In this document: piece by piece, positions 19,638-30,102 of the stretch
How positions within the stretch are numbered: position 1 is the stretch's first letter
Layout of the letters: every line of letters begins with the position of its first letter
Origin: an uncultured Actinomycetota bacterium
GTDB lineage: Bacteria; Actinomycetota; Actinomycetes; JAHEKZ01
DNA length: 64,000 bases
NCBI GenBank assembly: GCA_963829525.1
Contig: CAWHIJ010000003.1
Span: 480,001 to 544,000, forward strand
Direction: 5' to 3'
Position numbers and translations under genes: made by a program
Notes under the pieces: model-generated
The model's input: only the letters and a program-made list of their open reading frames with translations
Databases searched by the model: none
What the model was told of the DNA's origin: nothing

Positions 19638-22137
19638 TCCCACAGGGGTCAGTTGTTGCCGGGGGGCCGGTGCCGTTGTTGTTTCCGGTGTTTCCGTTCC
19701 CTGGGTTACCGTCGGAGTTACCCGGAGCCGCCCCGCCGCCGCTACCCCCGGTGTCGGTTCCGCCGTTGTTCTGATCGGCCCCAGTCTGCTTCGTTTGCGA
19801 TGGCGATGGCGATGGCGAGGGAGAGGGTTCGGGCGGTGGGGGGACGCCGGTGCTCAGGTAGAGCGTCACCGTGGCCCCTGGCTGCACGCTGTACCCCGCG
19901 CTCGGACTGGTGTAGGCGACGGTCCCCGCAGGCTGGTAAGAAGCGACCTCGGTCTCGGACACGATGGACTTCAGATTCAGCGCGTCGAGCTGCTTGACCG
20001 CCTCCTCCGGCGTGAGCCCCGCGAGCGATGGCAGCGAGAGCTGCGCGCCATCGATCAGCTCGGGGTCGATGGGAACGAAGGACTCGATCGGAAGGTCGGC
20101 GATCGCGCCACGCATCGCAATCTCCCAGATCGGTCCCGGTAGCGTGCTGCCAGCCCAAGCCGACTCGTAAACGCCATTGATTGTCACGTTCGCCATGGGG
20201 TTGTCACTCGGTGCAACAGGACTCCCTGTCCAGACCGCAGCCGCCATGTTCGGCGTGTAGCCCGCAAACCAAAGGGCTTGGAAGTCGTTGGTCGTTCCCG
20301 TCTTGCCCGCTGTGGGGCGGTCGAGGTACATGTTTGCCGCCGTGCCGTTCTCGACGACTCCCACCAAGACGTCGTTGACGGCGTCGGCGACCTCAGGTTT
20401 GATCACCTGCTCGCAGTCGGGCTTGGGAACGTCGAGTTTTTCCTTGTCCAGCGTCCGAATGTCGGTGATCACCCGCGGCTCGCAGTGCAGCCCGCGTGCG
20501 GCGAAGGTGGCGTATGACTCTGCGAGCGTCAGTGGTGACATGCCGAACGATCCACCGATGACGCCGGGGGTCACCTGCATGGCCGTGCTGTCAACCGGTG
20601 CGTCGCCGGCCTCGTAGCCGTCTCCGTTGCCAGCTGCGGTAACTCCAGCGCGTGACGCGACATCCCAGATGTTGCACAGGCCAGTTCGCTTCGCCAATTC
20701 GGCGAAGTAGGTGTTGATCGACAGGGCGGTGCCCTCGTACATCGTGTAGCTACCTGCCGGTGCGGTGCTGTAGTTCGTGACCGGCCAGGTGTCTTGAGTG
20801 TTGCCGCCACAGTCCTGGTAGCTGCCGTAGGGCATCACGCGAGATGACGGCGAGACGATGACGTCGTCCATTGCCAACCCCTGCTCGATCGCGGCGGCGA
20901 TGGTGAAGATCTTGAACGTCGACCCGGGCTGGTTCCCGTTCGTTCCTGAGTACTGACTGTCGACTGAGTTGTTGATGTAGCTGGCGTCCTTGCCCGGCCC
21001 GTACTTGAGGTTCTGGGTCATGGCCGTGACGTTGCCGGTGCCTGGTTCCATCATGGCGATCGCTGCAACCCGGCCGCTTGGATCTCCGGTCGGCAGGTAG
21101 GCCTCAATCCCCTGTTGTGCAGACTTCTGGTCCTTCATCTCGAGGGTGGTGCGGATCGTCAGCCCCCCGCCGTAGAGAAGCCGGTGACGGTCGCTGCGCG
21201 TGGCACCGTACGCGGGATCGCTCAAGAATCTCTGCTCGACGTAGTCACAGAAGAACGGAGTGGGGGAGACGAGGCATCCCCGGGTGAGGTCGCTTGGCTT
21301 CAGCATCTTCTTCAGCGGCTTCTTGGCGAACTTGTCTGCCGTCGCCTGGCTGATCATGTTTTCATCGGCCATTCGCTGCAGCACGAAGTTGCGGCGCTCT
21401 TCGCTCTCCTTCGGGTTGACGAGCGGGTCGTAGAGAGAGGGGAACTTGACGATTCCGGCCAGGGTGGCGGCTTGGCCGGCGTTGAGCTGGTCGGCCGGAA
21501 TGGAGAAGTACCGCTTGGCGGCAACCTCAATGCCGTACGCCTGCGAGCCGAAGTAGGCGATATTGAGATAACCCTCGAGAATTTGTTTCTTGCTCCACTC
21601 CTCCTCCAGCCCAAGCGCGTAGCGAAGCTCACGCAGCTTTCGGGTGACGGAGTCCTCGCTTGCCGCCTTCCGTTCCTCGCGGGTGTCTGCGGTAGCGGCT
21701 AGAACATTCTTGACGTACTGCTGGGTGATCGTTGAACCACCTTGGGTGACTGCCCCGGCCCGAGTGTTGGCGATGAGCGCACGGAGCGTGCCGCGGACAT
21801 CGATACCGTTGTGTTCGTAGAAGCGAGCATCCTCGATCGCGACGATTGCGTCCTGCATCCGTTTGGAGATCTTGTCCATCGGTACGTAGATCCGGTTCTG
21901 GCTGTAGAAGGTAGCCAGGACCGTTCCATCTGCTGCAAGGAGTCGGGACCGTTGTTTCAGGGGTGGCACACTCAACTCGGCGGGAAGCGCCTCGAAGTTC
22001 TGGGCGCCCCGCTTCGCGGTCAGCCCGACCAAGCCGATCGCAGGGAGTGCGATCCCGGCGACCAAGACGCCAGCAACAGCGCTGAGCACGATGAAGAGCA
22101 GCGTCCGGGAGCCGGCGCCGTCAGACGGGGAAGCCAC
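19627..22137 (-). CDS. ponA2: Class A penicillin-binding protein with PASTA domain (PonA2-like)
   Basis: EDARFYEH, GGSTITQQ, RKLRE; SxxK (STFK), SIN and KTGT; C-terminal PASTA domain; divergent from whiB4. Confidence 0.93.
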   Translation of the reverse strand: MASPSDGAGSRTLLFIVLSAVAGVLVAGIALPAIGLVGLTAKRGAQNFEALPAELSVPPLKQRSRLLAADGTVLATFYSQNRIYVPMDKISKRMQDAIVAIEDARFYEHNGIDVRGTLRALIANTRAGAVTQGGSTITQQYVKNVLAATADTREERKAASEDSVTRKLRELRYALGLEEEWSKKQILEGYLNIAYFGSQAYGIEVAAKRYFSIPADQLNAGQAATLAGIVKFPSLYDPLVNPKESEERRNFVLQRMADENMISQATADKFAKKPLKKMLKPSDLTRGCLVSPTPFFCDYVEQRFLSDPAYGATRSDRHRLLYGGGLTIRTTLEMKDQKSAQQGIEAYLPTGDPSGRVAAIAMMEPGTGNVTAMTQNLKYGPGKDASYINNSVDSQYSGTNGNQPGSTFKIFTIAAAIEQGLAMDDVIVSPSSRVMPYGSYQDCGGNTQDTWPVTNYSTAPAGSYTMYEGTALSINTYFAELAKRTGLCNIWDVASRAGVTAAGNGDGYEAGDAPVDSTAMQVTPGVIGGSFGMSPLTLAESYATFAARGLHCEPRVITDIRTLDKEKLDVPKPDCEQVIKPEVADAVNDVLVGVVENGTAANMYLDRPTAGKTGTTNDFQALWFAGYTPNMAAAVWTGSPVAPSDNPMANVTINGVYESAWAGSTLPGPIWEIAMRGAIADLPIESFVPIDPELIDGAQLSLPSLAGLTPEEAVKQLDALNLKSIVSETEVASYQPAGTVAYTSPSAGYSVQPGATVTLYLSTGVPPPPEPSPSPSPSPSQTKQTGADQNNGGTDTGGSGGGAAPGNSDGNPGNGNTGNNNGTGPPATTDPCGINR

Positions 22138-22451
22138 GTCTACAGGTTAGGTCAGGGAGCTGCGATCTCGGACATTGGCGGGCCACGGTGCGCGGGGAGA
22201 CGCTCAGCTCTAGGCACTCTCTGCAACCGGCAAACTACCTAAAGTGAGAAATTTGCGGCCGTTTGGCTTGTCCATAGTCCCAATGGGCCAGGGCAGTTCC
22301 CCCATCCGGGGCCTTTTGGCGAAGGGCTTACTATCTCTACCGTGAGCGATCACACCGCGTAGCGGAATCTGGTAATGGCTCCGCAGGCAGTGACGATTTC
22401 GGTTACAGAACGTGGTGGCCCGGGGTCGGGTCATCAAGGGGGAGGGGACCC

Positions 22452-22760
22452 ATGGCGTGGATTGAGGATTGGTCGGCTCGTGCGGCTTGCCGTTCAACGG
22501 ACCCAGATGCGCTTTTCGTCCAAGGTGCAGCCCAGAACCGGGCTAAGGCTCTGTGCTCGGGGTGCGTCGTGCGCACCGAGTGCCTCGCCGATGCGCTCGA
22601 CAACGAGGTCGAGTTCGGGGTCTGGGGTGGAATGACCGAGCGCGAGCGGCGTGCGCTGTTGCGTCGACGTCCGAATGTCACGTCGTGGCGACGTCTCCTC
22701 CAGACCGCCCGCGACACCTACGAAGAGCGTGATGATCGAGGGGTTCGCGTCGCTGGCTAG
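22452..22760 (+). CDS. whiB4: WhiB4/WblA Fe-S transcriptional regulator
   Basis: Four Cys, DPDALFVQGAAQ, GVWGGMTERERR, RRRPNVTSWR. Confidence 0.95.
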   Translation: MAWIEDWSARAACRSTDPDALFVQGAAQNRAKALCSGCVVRTECLADALDNEVEFGVWGGMTERERRALLRRRPNVTSWRRLLQTARDTYEERDDRGVRVAG

Positions 22761-23911
22761 TCCAGCACCGACACCGACCCGGCCAGCGCCGCTCCCACTT
22801 GCTCCAGCCCGTGTAGGTCGTGTACGTCCCCTGGCAGCGCAGGGGCCGCGACCACTGCGACGTCTGGGTGCGCTCCGGTGAAGCGGCCCAGCAGATGACG
22901 CTCGCGGTCTCTCACGCGCATCGTTGCGGCGTGCAGCCGCAGTAGAGCCGCGGTGAGTTCATGGTCGTGCGTCTCGTCGAGGTCCTCGGCCGCACCCTCA
23001 GCACGAGCCGCAGAGACGTCAGGCGCCTCGGTGGTATGGACCCGGTTGAGCACAAGACCGGCGAGCGGCATCGAGTCCTGTTGCAGGCGTTCGACGAAGA
23101 ATGACGCCTCGCGGAGGGCATCGGTCTCGGGTGCGGCCACGACCACGAACGCGGTCCCCGGATCCTGTAGGAGGGCGTAGGTGCGTTCTGCGCGCTCTCG
23201 AAAGCCACCGAAGACAGAGTCGAGTCCGGCCACCAGGGTCTGCAAGTCGTTGAGCAGCTGAGCGCCGAGAATCTTGTTCAGTGAAGAAGTCACCAAAGAG
23301 AATGCTCCCCCGAACACCTTCATGTAGGCCTTGCCTCCAGCCCTGGCTGGGGCCAGCAGAATTCGGATGAACCGACCATCGAGAAAGACGCCGAGCCGCG
23401 CGGGAGCGTCAAGGAAATCGAGCGCAGATCGACTCGGAGGAGTGTCAACGATCACCAAGTCCCATTCGCCGTTCTCGATGGCCTCGCGATGCAGCTGTCC
23501 CAGCTTCTCCATCGCCATGTACTCCTGTGTTCCCGCGAAGGAGCTGGACAGCGATTGGTACAGGGGGTTCTGCAGGATTTGTTCGGCGCGAACGGGATCG
23601 GCATGCTGCTGCACGATCTCATCGAAGGTGCGCTTCATATCCAGCATCATCGCGAAGAGCGCGCCGCCATCTTGGCCGACGTTGACGATGGCCCTCGGGG
23701 TGTTGTCGAGTTCTTTGAGTCCGAGTGACTGCGCAAGCCTTCGCGCTGGGTCGATCGTCAGGACGCAGACCCTGCGTCCTCGTTGTGCAGCCCGGACACC
23801 AAGGCTTGCCGCAGTGGTGGTCTTTCCGACGCCGCCGGCCCCGCAGCACACGATGATGGTTGTCTCCGGGTCGTGCAGGAGGGCGTCGACGTCGAGAGGC
23901 TGCGCAGTCAC
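22757..23911 (-). CDS. ArsA/Get3-like ATPase (Rv3680-like)
   Basis: GAGGVGKTT, TIDPARRLA, GTQEYMAMEKL, DTPP. Confidence 0.92.
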   Translation of the reverse strand: MTAQPLDVDALLHDPETTIIVCCGAGGVGKTTTAASLGVRAAQRGRRVCVLTIDPARRLAQSLGLKELDNTPRAIVNVGQDGGALFAMMLDMKRTFDEIVQQHADPVRAEQILQNPLYQSLSSSFAGTQEYMAMEKLGQLHREAIENGEWDLVIVDTPPSRSALDFLDAPARLGVFLDGRFIRILLAPARAGGKAYMKVFGGAFSLVTSSLNKILGAQLLNDLQTLVAGLDSVFGGFRERAERTYALLQDPGTAFVVVAAPETDALREASFFVERLQQDSMPLAGLVLNRVHTTEAPDVSAARAEGAAEDLDETHDHELTAALLRLHAATMRVRDRERHLLGRFTGAHPDVAVVAAPALPGDVHDLHGLEQVGAALAGSVSVLD

Positions 23912-24894
23912 CACGGCACCTCGCTTTGTGTGTGTCCCAACAGATCGCTCAGCTCGTACAGCCCGGCAAGGTCGACACCGTCGGCGAGCCATGGCAGCTC
24001 GACCACTGGATGACCGAGGCCGGCCACCTGTTTGCGCTCGACCCGCTCGAGATCAACCCGCTCAGCATGACTGGATGCCTCACGCGTGAGTGCGTCGAGC
24101 AGTCCGTCATGGCCGGTGAGACCGGCCGCTTTCAGCCCAGCAGCGATCTCACTCTCGTCGAGCGTCCCTTTGCGCGCAGCCTGAAGCTGGGCTCGACGCA
24201 ATGCCGGACGCCGAGTCTGGTTGACGATGACTGCTCCAACGTGCAGGTCAAGCGCACGAAGCTCTGCGACGGCGTCTGTCGTCTCTTGGACCGGCATCTC
24301 CTCGAGCAGCGTCACGATGTGCACTGAGGTGCGCGTCGAGTGGAGCAGGCCCATGATCGAGTCAGCTTGTCGTCGGATCGGGCCGACCTTCGCAAGACCG
24401 GCCACCTCGGCATTGACGTTGAGGAAGCGTCCGATCCGGCCCGTCGGCGGCGCGTCCACCACAACGGCGTCGTATGTGTACTGCTGCCCCTGGCGGCGGC
24501 GGGTTGCCTCGAACGCCTTACCCGTGAGAAGAACATCCCGGACGCCAGGCGCCACGGTGGTAGCAAACTCGACGACGCCAACCTTGCGGAGCGCTTTGCC
24601 GGCGCGCCCGAGATGGTAGTAGAGATCGAGGTACTCGTAGAGCGCGTCCTCCGGGTCGATGGCCAGCGCATACACATCGCCACTACCTCGAGCGATGGCG
24701 ACCTTGCGCTCTTCGTAAGGCAGTGGTGGGACATCGAAGAGCTGGGCGATGCCCTGACGGCCCTCGACCTCGATGAGGAGGACACGCCGTCCGTTGGACG
24801 CCAGGTGCAGCGCGAGCGCCGCTGCTGCCGTTGTCTTGCCTGTGCCACCCTTGCCGGTTACGACGTGCAACCGCGTCCGACTCTGTGCTCCCAC
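23908..24894 (-). CDS. ArsA/Get3-like ATPase (Rv3679-like)
   Basis: VTGKGGTGKTT, DAPPTGRI, LEEMPVQET. Confidence 0.92.
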   Translation of the reverse strand: MGAQSRTRLHVVTGKGGTGKTTAAAALALHLASNGRRVLLIEVEGRQGIAQLFDVPPLPYEERKVAIARGSGDVYALAIDPEDALYEYLDLYYHLGRAGKALRKVGVVEFATTVAPGVRDVLLTGKAFEATRRRQGQQYTYDAVVVDAPPTGRIGRFLNVNAEVAGLAKVGPIRRQADSIMGLLHSTRTSVHIVTLLEEMPVQETTDAVAELRALDLHVGAVIVNQTRRPALRRAQLQAARKGTLDESEIAAGLKAAGLTGHDGLLDALTREASSHAERVDLERVERKQVAGLGHPVVELPWLADGVDLAGLYELSDLLGHTQSEVPW

Positions 24895-24958
24895 GTGTCT
24901 GACACTACGCGCAGCTCGCGGCTTAGGCGCGACCTCCCGTGGCAGCTAGGGTGACGCC

Positions 24959-25117
24959 ATGACCAAGTGGGAGTACGCAACAGCGCCGTTGTTAATCCAT
25001 GCGACCAAGCAGATCCTCGACACCTGGGGCCAGGACGGTTGGGAACTGGTCCAGGTCGTCCCAGGGCCGAACGCCGAGCAGCTCGTCGCTTACTTCAAGC
25101 GGCCATTGGAGAACTGA
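24959..25117 (+). CDS. DUF4177 small protein (52 aa, not in the ORF track)
   Basis: MTKWEYATAPLLIHATKQILDTWGQDGWELVQV...AYFKRP; TGATG overlap with ridA. Confidence 0.9.
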   Translation: MTKWEYATAPLLIHATKQILDTWGQDGWELVQVVPGPNAEQLVAYFKRPLEN

Positions 25118-25578
25118 TGTCGACGCCGGAGCAGCGACTGGCTGAGCTCGGTCTGGAGCTTCCTGAGGTCGTGACGCCGCTGGCCTCATACGTGCCAGCC
25201 GTGCGGTCCGGCTCGTATGTGTACACCTCCGGCCAGGTGCCCATGGTGCACGGCACGATGCAGGTGACCGGCAAGGTGGGAGCCGACGTCGACCCCGAGA
25301 CCGCGAAGGACGCAGCGCGCACCTGCGCCCTGAACGCCCTAGCCGCTGTCCGATCGATCACAGGTGACCTTTCGGCGGTGACCCGCGTCGTCAAGGTCGT
25401 CGGTTACGTCGCAAGCACCCCTGACTTCACCGGGCAGCCCGGCGTTGTGAATGGCGCCAGCGATCTGCTGGGACACGTCTTCGGTGATGCCGGGGCCCAC
25501 GCCCGTAGCGCCGTTGGTGTCGTGTCGCTGCCGCTCGACGCTCCTGTCGAGGTGGAGCTCATCGTCGAGGTGGGCTGA
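25117..25578 (+). CDS. RidA/YjgF family protein
   Basis: [36 protein letters not shown]. Confidence 0.93.
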   Translation: MSTPEQRLAELGLELPEVVTPLASYVPAVRSGSYVYTSGQVPMVHGTMQVTGKVGADVDPETAKDAARTCALNALAAVRSITGDLSAVTRVVKVVGYVASTPDFTGQPGVVNGASDLLGHVFGDAGAHARSAVGVVSLPLDAPVEVELIVEVG

Positions 25579-25579
25579 C

Positions 25580-26062
25580 ATGGATGTCGTAGAAACCGTC
25601 TTGCCCGGCGTCGGGCTGCGGTACGAGTTCACCCTCGAGTCGGGTCTGCACATCGCTGTCATCGCCAAGCGGAGCGAGCGGTTCGCTATCTTCTCGTTCA
25701 GCTCCGAGGATCCGGACGTGGCCACGTCTCTTCTGGAGCTCGAGGAGGAAGAGGCAGCCACGTTGGCGGAGATCCTCGGGGCGCCGCGGATCGCGGTGAA
25801 GTTCGCTGACCTCACCAGAGAGGTGCCGGGTCTGGCCTCGCAACAGATCGAGATCCTTGACGGGTCGCCGTACGCCGGTCGCACGCTCGGCGACACAAAG
25901 GCGCGCACCATGACTGGAGCGTCGGTTGTGGCACTCGTGCACGAGGACGTCGTGGTCGCGTCACCAGAGCCGTCGCAACCCCTTCGCGCAGGTGACGTGC
26001 TGGTCGTCATCGGCACTGCCGACGGCATCACCAAGCTTCGGACGTTGCTCGGAGCGTCATGA
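25580..26062 (+). CDS. khtT: KhtT-like RCK_C regulatory subunit of a K+/H+ antiporter
   Basis: [12 protein letters not shown]-terminus and TrkA-C domain ([19 protein letters not shown]). Confidence 0.85.
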   Translation: MDVVETVLPGVGLRYEFTLESGLHIAVIAKRSERFAIFSFSSEDPDVATSLLELEEEEAATLAEILGAPRIAVKFADLTREVPGLASQQIEILDGSPYAGRTLGDTKARTMTGASVVALVHEDVVVASPEPSQPLRAGDVLVVIGTADGITKLRTLLGAS

Positions 26063-27261
26063 ACGCAGCGGCGCCCGTCTTGGTGGCCCAGGTCTTGCCG
26101 GACGCCGCCGATCTCCTGCTGGAGGTCGGCGCCGTTCTCTTCCTCCTGGGGATCCTCGGTGGCTTTGCCCGACGCCTAGGGCTCTCACCGGTGCCGCTCT
26201 ACCTGCTTGCGGGACTAGCGCTCGGTGAGGGTGGAGCAGTCTCTCTCAACGCCTCCTCGGCGTTCCTTCAGGTGGGGGCAGAGCTCGGGCTTGTCCTTCT
26301 GCTCCTGACCTTGGGCCTGGAGTTCTCGGCGGAAGAGTTCGCCTCCAGCATGCGCCGGCACGTACCGTCGGGAGTGCTCGACTTCGTCCTCAACGCAACC
26401 CCCGGTGCGGTGGCGGGGTGGCTGATCACCGAGACCTGGTCGGGTGCTCTGGTGATGGCAGGGGTGACATGGGTGTCGTCGTCGGGAATCGTCGCGCGGG
26501 TGGTCAGTGACCTCGGCCGGCTGGCGAACCGCGAGACACCGTCGGTGCTGGCGGTCCTGGTGCTTGAGGACATCGCAATGGCGGTCTACCTTCCGCTGGT
26601 TGCGGTTGCTGTAGCTGGGGGCGGTGTCGTTGCCGGGCTGATCGGCGTGGGGGCTTCGGTGACCGCGGTTCTTGTGGTGCTGATCGGGTCCCGCTACTTC
26701 GGGGAGCGGATCGGACACCGACTCACCGACGCCGAGGACGAGCAGGTGCTTCTTCGTGTCTTCGGTATCACGTTGGTAGTGGCCGGGCTCACCACAATGC
26801 TGGATGCCTCAGCAGCGGTTGGAGCCTTCCTCGTCGGTGTGGCCCTGACTGGTCAGGCCGCCCGGCGATCGCGCGAGCTGCTCGGGCCGCTTCGAGACGT
26901 CTTCGCCGCTGTCTTCTTCGTCTCGTTCGGTCTGTCGATCGACCCGTCGACGCTCCCCCCTGCCTTGCTTGTGGCCAGCGTCTTGGCGGCGGTGACGTTG
27001 GTGACCAAGGTGCTCGTCGGGTGGTACGCCGCCTCCCGAGACGGCGTCGGACCGCGTGGCCGGATGCGGGCCGGCACTGTCCTGGCCGCCCGTGGCGAGT
27101 TCGCCGTCGTGATTGCCGGTCTTGCCGTCGCGGAGGGGATCGATGACGTCGGTGCGATCACCGCCGCATACGTGCTGATCCTCGCCATCGTCGCACCAGT
27201 GCTGTCCCGCTACGGGGATTCCTTGGCGAGGCCGTTCCTCCCGAAGGTGGTGACTGTATGA
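26059..27261 (+). CDS. khtU: CPA2 cation:proton antiporter (KhtU-like)
   Basis: LGLEFS, SSSGI, LVLEDI, FFVSFG and RGEFA motifs; many TM segments. Confidence 0.88.
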   Translation: MNAAAPVLVAQVLPDAADLLLEVGAVLFLLGILGGFARRLGLSPVPLYLLAGLALGEGGAVSLNASSAFLQVGAELGLVLLLLTLGLEFSAEEFASSMRRHVPSGVLDFVLNATPGAVAGWLITETWSGALVMAGVTWVSSSGIVARVVSDLGRLANRETPSVLAVLVLEDIAMAVYLPLVAVAVAGGGVVAGLIGVGASVTAVLVVLIGSRYFGERIGHRLTDAEDEQVLLRVFGITLVVAGLTTMLDASAAVGAFLVGVALTGQAARRSRELLGPLRDVFAAVFFVSFGLSIDPSTLPPALLVASVLAAVTLVTKVLVGWYAASRDGVGPRGRMRAGTVLAARGEFAVVIAGLAVAEGIDDVGAITAAYVLILAIVAPVLSRYGDSLARPFLPKVVTV

Positions 27262-27839
27262 CCGATCCGATGCCCATCCGTCCCGCCGCCACCGTGGTGT
27301 TGCTGCGTGACGGCGCGGACGGTCTCGAGGTCTGGCTGCAGCAGCGAGCCACGACCCTGGCGTTCGCCGCCGGAATGTACGCATTTCCCGGGGGGCGCGT
27401 CGATGATGACGAAGAGGTCTCTGCGGTCGCGCACGACGTTTCTGTCGAGGCGAAGGTGTGGGGTGACGATGACCTCGCGGTGGTCCGAGCGCATCTGGCT
27501 GCCGCTGCGCGCGAGACGTGGGAGGAGAGCGGCGTCCAGCTCGACCCCGCCGCGCTGAGGCCATGGGCGCGTTGGGTGACTCCGCCTGGTGATACTCGCC
27601 GATTCGATGCCCGCTTCTATCTTGCGGCGTGCCCTCCCGACCAGAAGCCGGAGCCACTCACAGGCGAGGTGGAGACCGGCTCCTGGTTCGTCGTACAAGC
27701 CGCCGTCAATGCCTTTGCCGCCGGGACGCTCCCGATGTGGCCGCCTACCATCAGCACCCTGACGTCGTTGGCGGCGTTCGACAGCGTCGTGACCGCTTTG
27801 GCGGCTGCTCCCACTCACATCGAGGCGGTGACCGAATGA
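27258..27839 (+). CDS. NUDIX hydrolase
   Basis: RPAATVVLLRD, FPGG, AARETWEESG, WVTP...RRFD. Confidence 0.9.
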   Translation: MTDPMPIRPAATVVLLRDGADGLEVWLQQRATTLAFAAGMYAFPGGRVDDDEEVSAVAHDVSVEAKVWGDDDLAVVRAHLAAAARETWEESGVQLDPAALRPWARWVTPPGDTRRFDARFYLAACPPDQKPEPLTGEVETGSWFVVQAAVNAFAAGTLPMWPPTISTLTSLAAFDSVVTALAAAPTHIEAVTE

Positions 27840-28657
27840 TCGAACCGGTTGAAGGTGTCGCACCCCAGCGGGCGAGGTGTGTCACGGCATCGAACCCAGG
27901 GCTGCTGACCTTGGCAGGCACCAACACCTGGGTGCTCTTCGAGCTCGACGCGGAGCGGTGCATCGTCGTCGATCCAGGTCCCGATGACCCCGCTCACCGA
28001 GATGCTGTCCTCGTCGAGGTGGAGCGAGCCGGGTGCGAGGTGGCGCTGATCGTGTTGACTCACGGTCACCTCGATCATTCGGGGTCAGTTGACGCATTGC
28101 ATGCAATGACCCAGGCACCGGTCCGCGCGCTTGACCCGGCGTGGTGTCGGGGCACGGTCCCGCTGCGGGACCGTGAGCAGATTGAGGTCGACGGTCTCAC
28201 CTTGGAGGTCATCGCCACTCCGGGCCACACCGCTGACTCGGTCTGCCTTTACCTCCCGCGTGACGGCGCGCTGCTCACCGGAGACACCATCTTGGGCGAA
28301 GGGTCCTCACTCATTGCCTGGCCGGATGGGCGCCTTGGCGACTACCTGGGCTCGCTCAAGCGGTTGCGCGACTTGGCGGCGGCCGGAGCCTCGCTCACCT
28401 TGCTGCCCGGACATGGTCCTCTGGTGCTGTGGGGGCTGCCCGCAATCGACACACTCATCGCGCACCGCACCAAGCGTCTGACACAGGTCACCGACGTCCT
28501 GAATGCAGGCGCTTCAACAGTTGGTGAAGTAGTGACAGCTGTCTACGGCCTTCCAGGCCCGGCGCTGCACGACGTCGTCATTGCACAGGTACAAGCCCAG
28601 CTGGAGTACCTGTCGGCCAAGGGGAACTCCCGGGCGGCCCACGCAATGCACGGGTGA
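27836..28657 (+). CDS. MBL-fold metallo-hydrolase (LACTB2-like)
   Basis: NPG..TL.GTNTW, THGHLDH, TPGHT, TGD, PGHG. Confidence 0.92.
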   Translation: MIEPVEGVAPQRARCVTASNPGLLTLAGTNTWVLFELDAERCIVVDPGPDDPAHRDAVLVEVERAGCEVALIVLTHGHLDHSGSVDALHAMTQAPVRALDPAWCRGTVPLRDREQIEVDGLTLEVIATPGHTADSVCLYLPRDGALLTGDTILGEGSSLIAWPDGRLGDYLGSLKRLRDLAAAGASLTLLPGHGPLVLWGLPAIDTLIAHRTKRLTQVTDVLNAGASTVGEVVTAVYGLPGPALHDVVIAQVQAQLEYLSAKGNSRAAHAMHG

Positions 28658-28661
28658 CGTC

Positions 28662-29342
28662 TCAGCCAGCGCGTCGGGCTACGCGTTCGGCGTCGATGAG
28701 GATCACCGAACGGGCCTCGAGGCGGATCCACCCGCGTGAGGCGAAGTCAGCCAGCGACTTGTTGACCGTCTCACGCGAGGCACCGACCAACTGTGCGAGC
28801 TCTTCCTGGGTCAGGTCGTGGGCGACAAGGGTGCTGCCGTCTGGCTGCGGTTGGCCGAACTTGTCGGCGAGGTCGAGCAGTGCCTTGGCCACACGACCGG
28901 GAACGTCGCTGAAGACCAGGTCGGCCATGGCCTCGTTGGCGCGGCGTAGCCGTTGCGCAAGGGCCTGGAGCAGGGCTTCGGCGACCTCAGGCCGGCCGGT
29001 CAGCCACGGCCGCAGGTCCCGCTGGCTGAGCGAGAGCAACACCGAGTCGGTAACGGCCGACGCCGTTGAGGTGCGGGTGCCTGGATCGAAGAGTGAGAGC
29101 TCGCCGAACATCGCCCCGGGACCGAGGACACCCATCACCTGTTCGCGACCGTCGCCGGAAGTCTGGCCGAGCTTGATCTTGCCGTCGACGATGATGAACA
29201 GCCGGTCACCTGGCTGGCCCTCCGAGAAGACGACATCACCACGAGGAACGGTCTGGTGGCTCATGGTGGCGCGGAGCGCCGCCGCAGCCGCATCGTCGAG
29301 CGCGGCGAAGAGCGGTGTTCGCCGCAGGACGTCGTCGTCCAC
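28662..29342 (-). CDS. crp: Crp/GlxR cAMP-binding transcriptional regulator
   Basis: FGELSLFDPG.RT, LVFSDVPGRVAK, LTQEELAQLVGASRETVNK. Confidence 0.96.
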   Translation of the reverse strand: MDDDVLRRTPLFAALDDAAAAALRATMSHQTVPRGDVVFSEGQPGDRLFIIVDGKIKLGQTSGDGREQVMGVLGPGAMFGELSLFDPGTRTSTASAVTDSVLLSLSQRDLRPWLTGRPEVAEALLQALAQRLRRANEAMADLVFSDVPGRVAKALLDLADKFGQPQPDGSTLVAHDLTQEELAQLVGASRETVNKSLADFASRGWIRLEARSVILIDAERVARRAG

Positions 29343-29455
29343 GCACTCACCTCCGGGTCGATGTCAGCCGCAGGCGATCACGCTAATCCTCGGCTGACGC
29401 GCTGAACAGGCTAGGGGAGATTGTGGTGCTTCGGGAGACCGGGCGCCTCCGTCGG

Positions 29456-29986
29456 TCAGATCAGCTCATCCTGTGGAATTGGCAGAGCCGTGAGGGCAAG
29501 CCGTGGGTCTTCGCGGTAGCGGGCGATCAGCTCGCCGGTGGTCCCGGCGAGGCGTCTGTGCAAGGCGGCCCGGTAGGCCGATAGCTGCAGCTCGGCGAAG
29601 GACAGATCGCGCTTGAGCGCCTTGACCGACGACGGGTCGTCGGGGTCGGCCTCCCGAGCCCAGAGTCCGGCAAGGTCAGGGAGGGGAGGAACGTCGTCGA
29701 TCGGCATGATGTCGACAAGTGCCCCACGGCCGTTGCCAACCCTGGTCTCGGCCAAGGCGGTCCGGAGCCGGCCCAGGCGCACGCTGTCGTCGCCGCCGGA
29801 CAGCTCGATGAGGTCCATGCGTGCCTGAATCAGCCGGCGCCAGTAGGAGACGCGGTTCTCCTCGTCCCCCAGCGTGCGACGCTGCTCGCGCAGCGCCTTG
29901 AGGGTCAGGTGAGCGAACTCCTCACTGCGCTGCGGGACCTCCTTGGCCGCCGCCCGCGTTGTGCGTTCCTGTGACCGCGTGGTCAT
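29456..29986 (-). CDS. RsiG/AmfC-like coiled-coil protein
   Basis: ENRVSYWRRLIQARMD fits the RsiG c-di-GMP motif E-x3-S-x2-R-x3-Q-x3-D; C-terminal ELIARY. Confidence 0.75.
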   Translation of the reverse strand: MTTRSQERTTRAAAKEVPQRSEEFAHLTLKALREQRRTLGDEENRVSYWRRLIQARMDLIELSGGDDSVRLGRLRTALAETRVGNGRGALVDIMPIDDVPPLPDLAGLWAREADPDDPSSVKALKRDLSFAELQLSAYRAALHRRLAGTTGELIARYREDPRLALTALPIPQDELI

Positions 29987-30102
29987 CTGGTCCTCTCACG
30001 ATCCCCGAAGTTCTTCATCGTCGAGATCGTCGGACTTGCCGGAACCCTTGAGGAAGCGTCACCCGTACGGTGGACGTGAGAGCTCGCGCCTAGGCTTGAC
30101 GA

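Noticed and set aside
22340-22357. Crp site upstream of whiB4 (CGTGAGCGATCACAC)
   Set aside because: Half-site spacing or sequence does not fit TGTGA-N6-TCACA well enough to call by eye.
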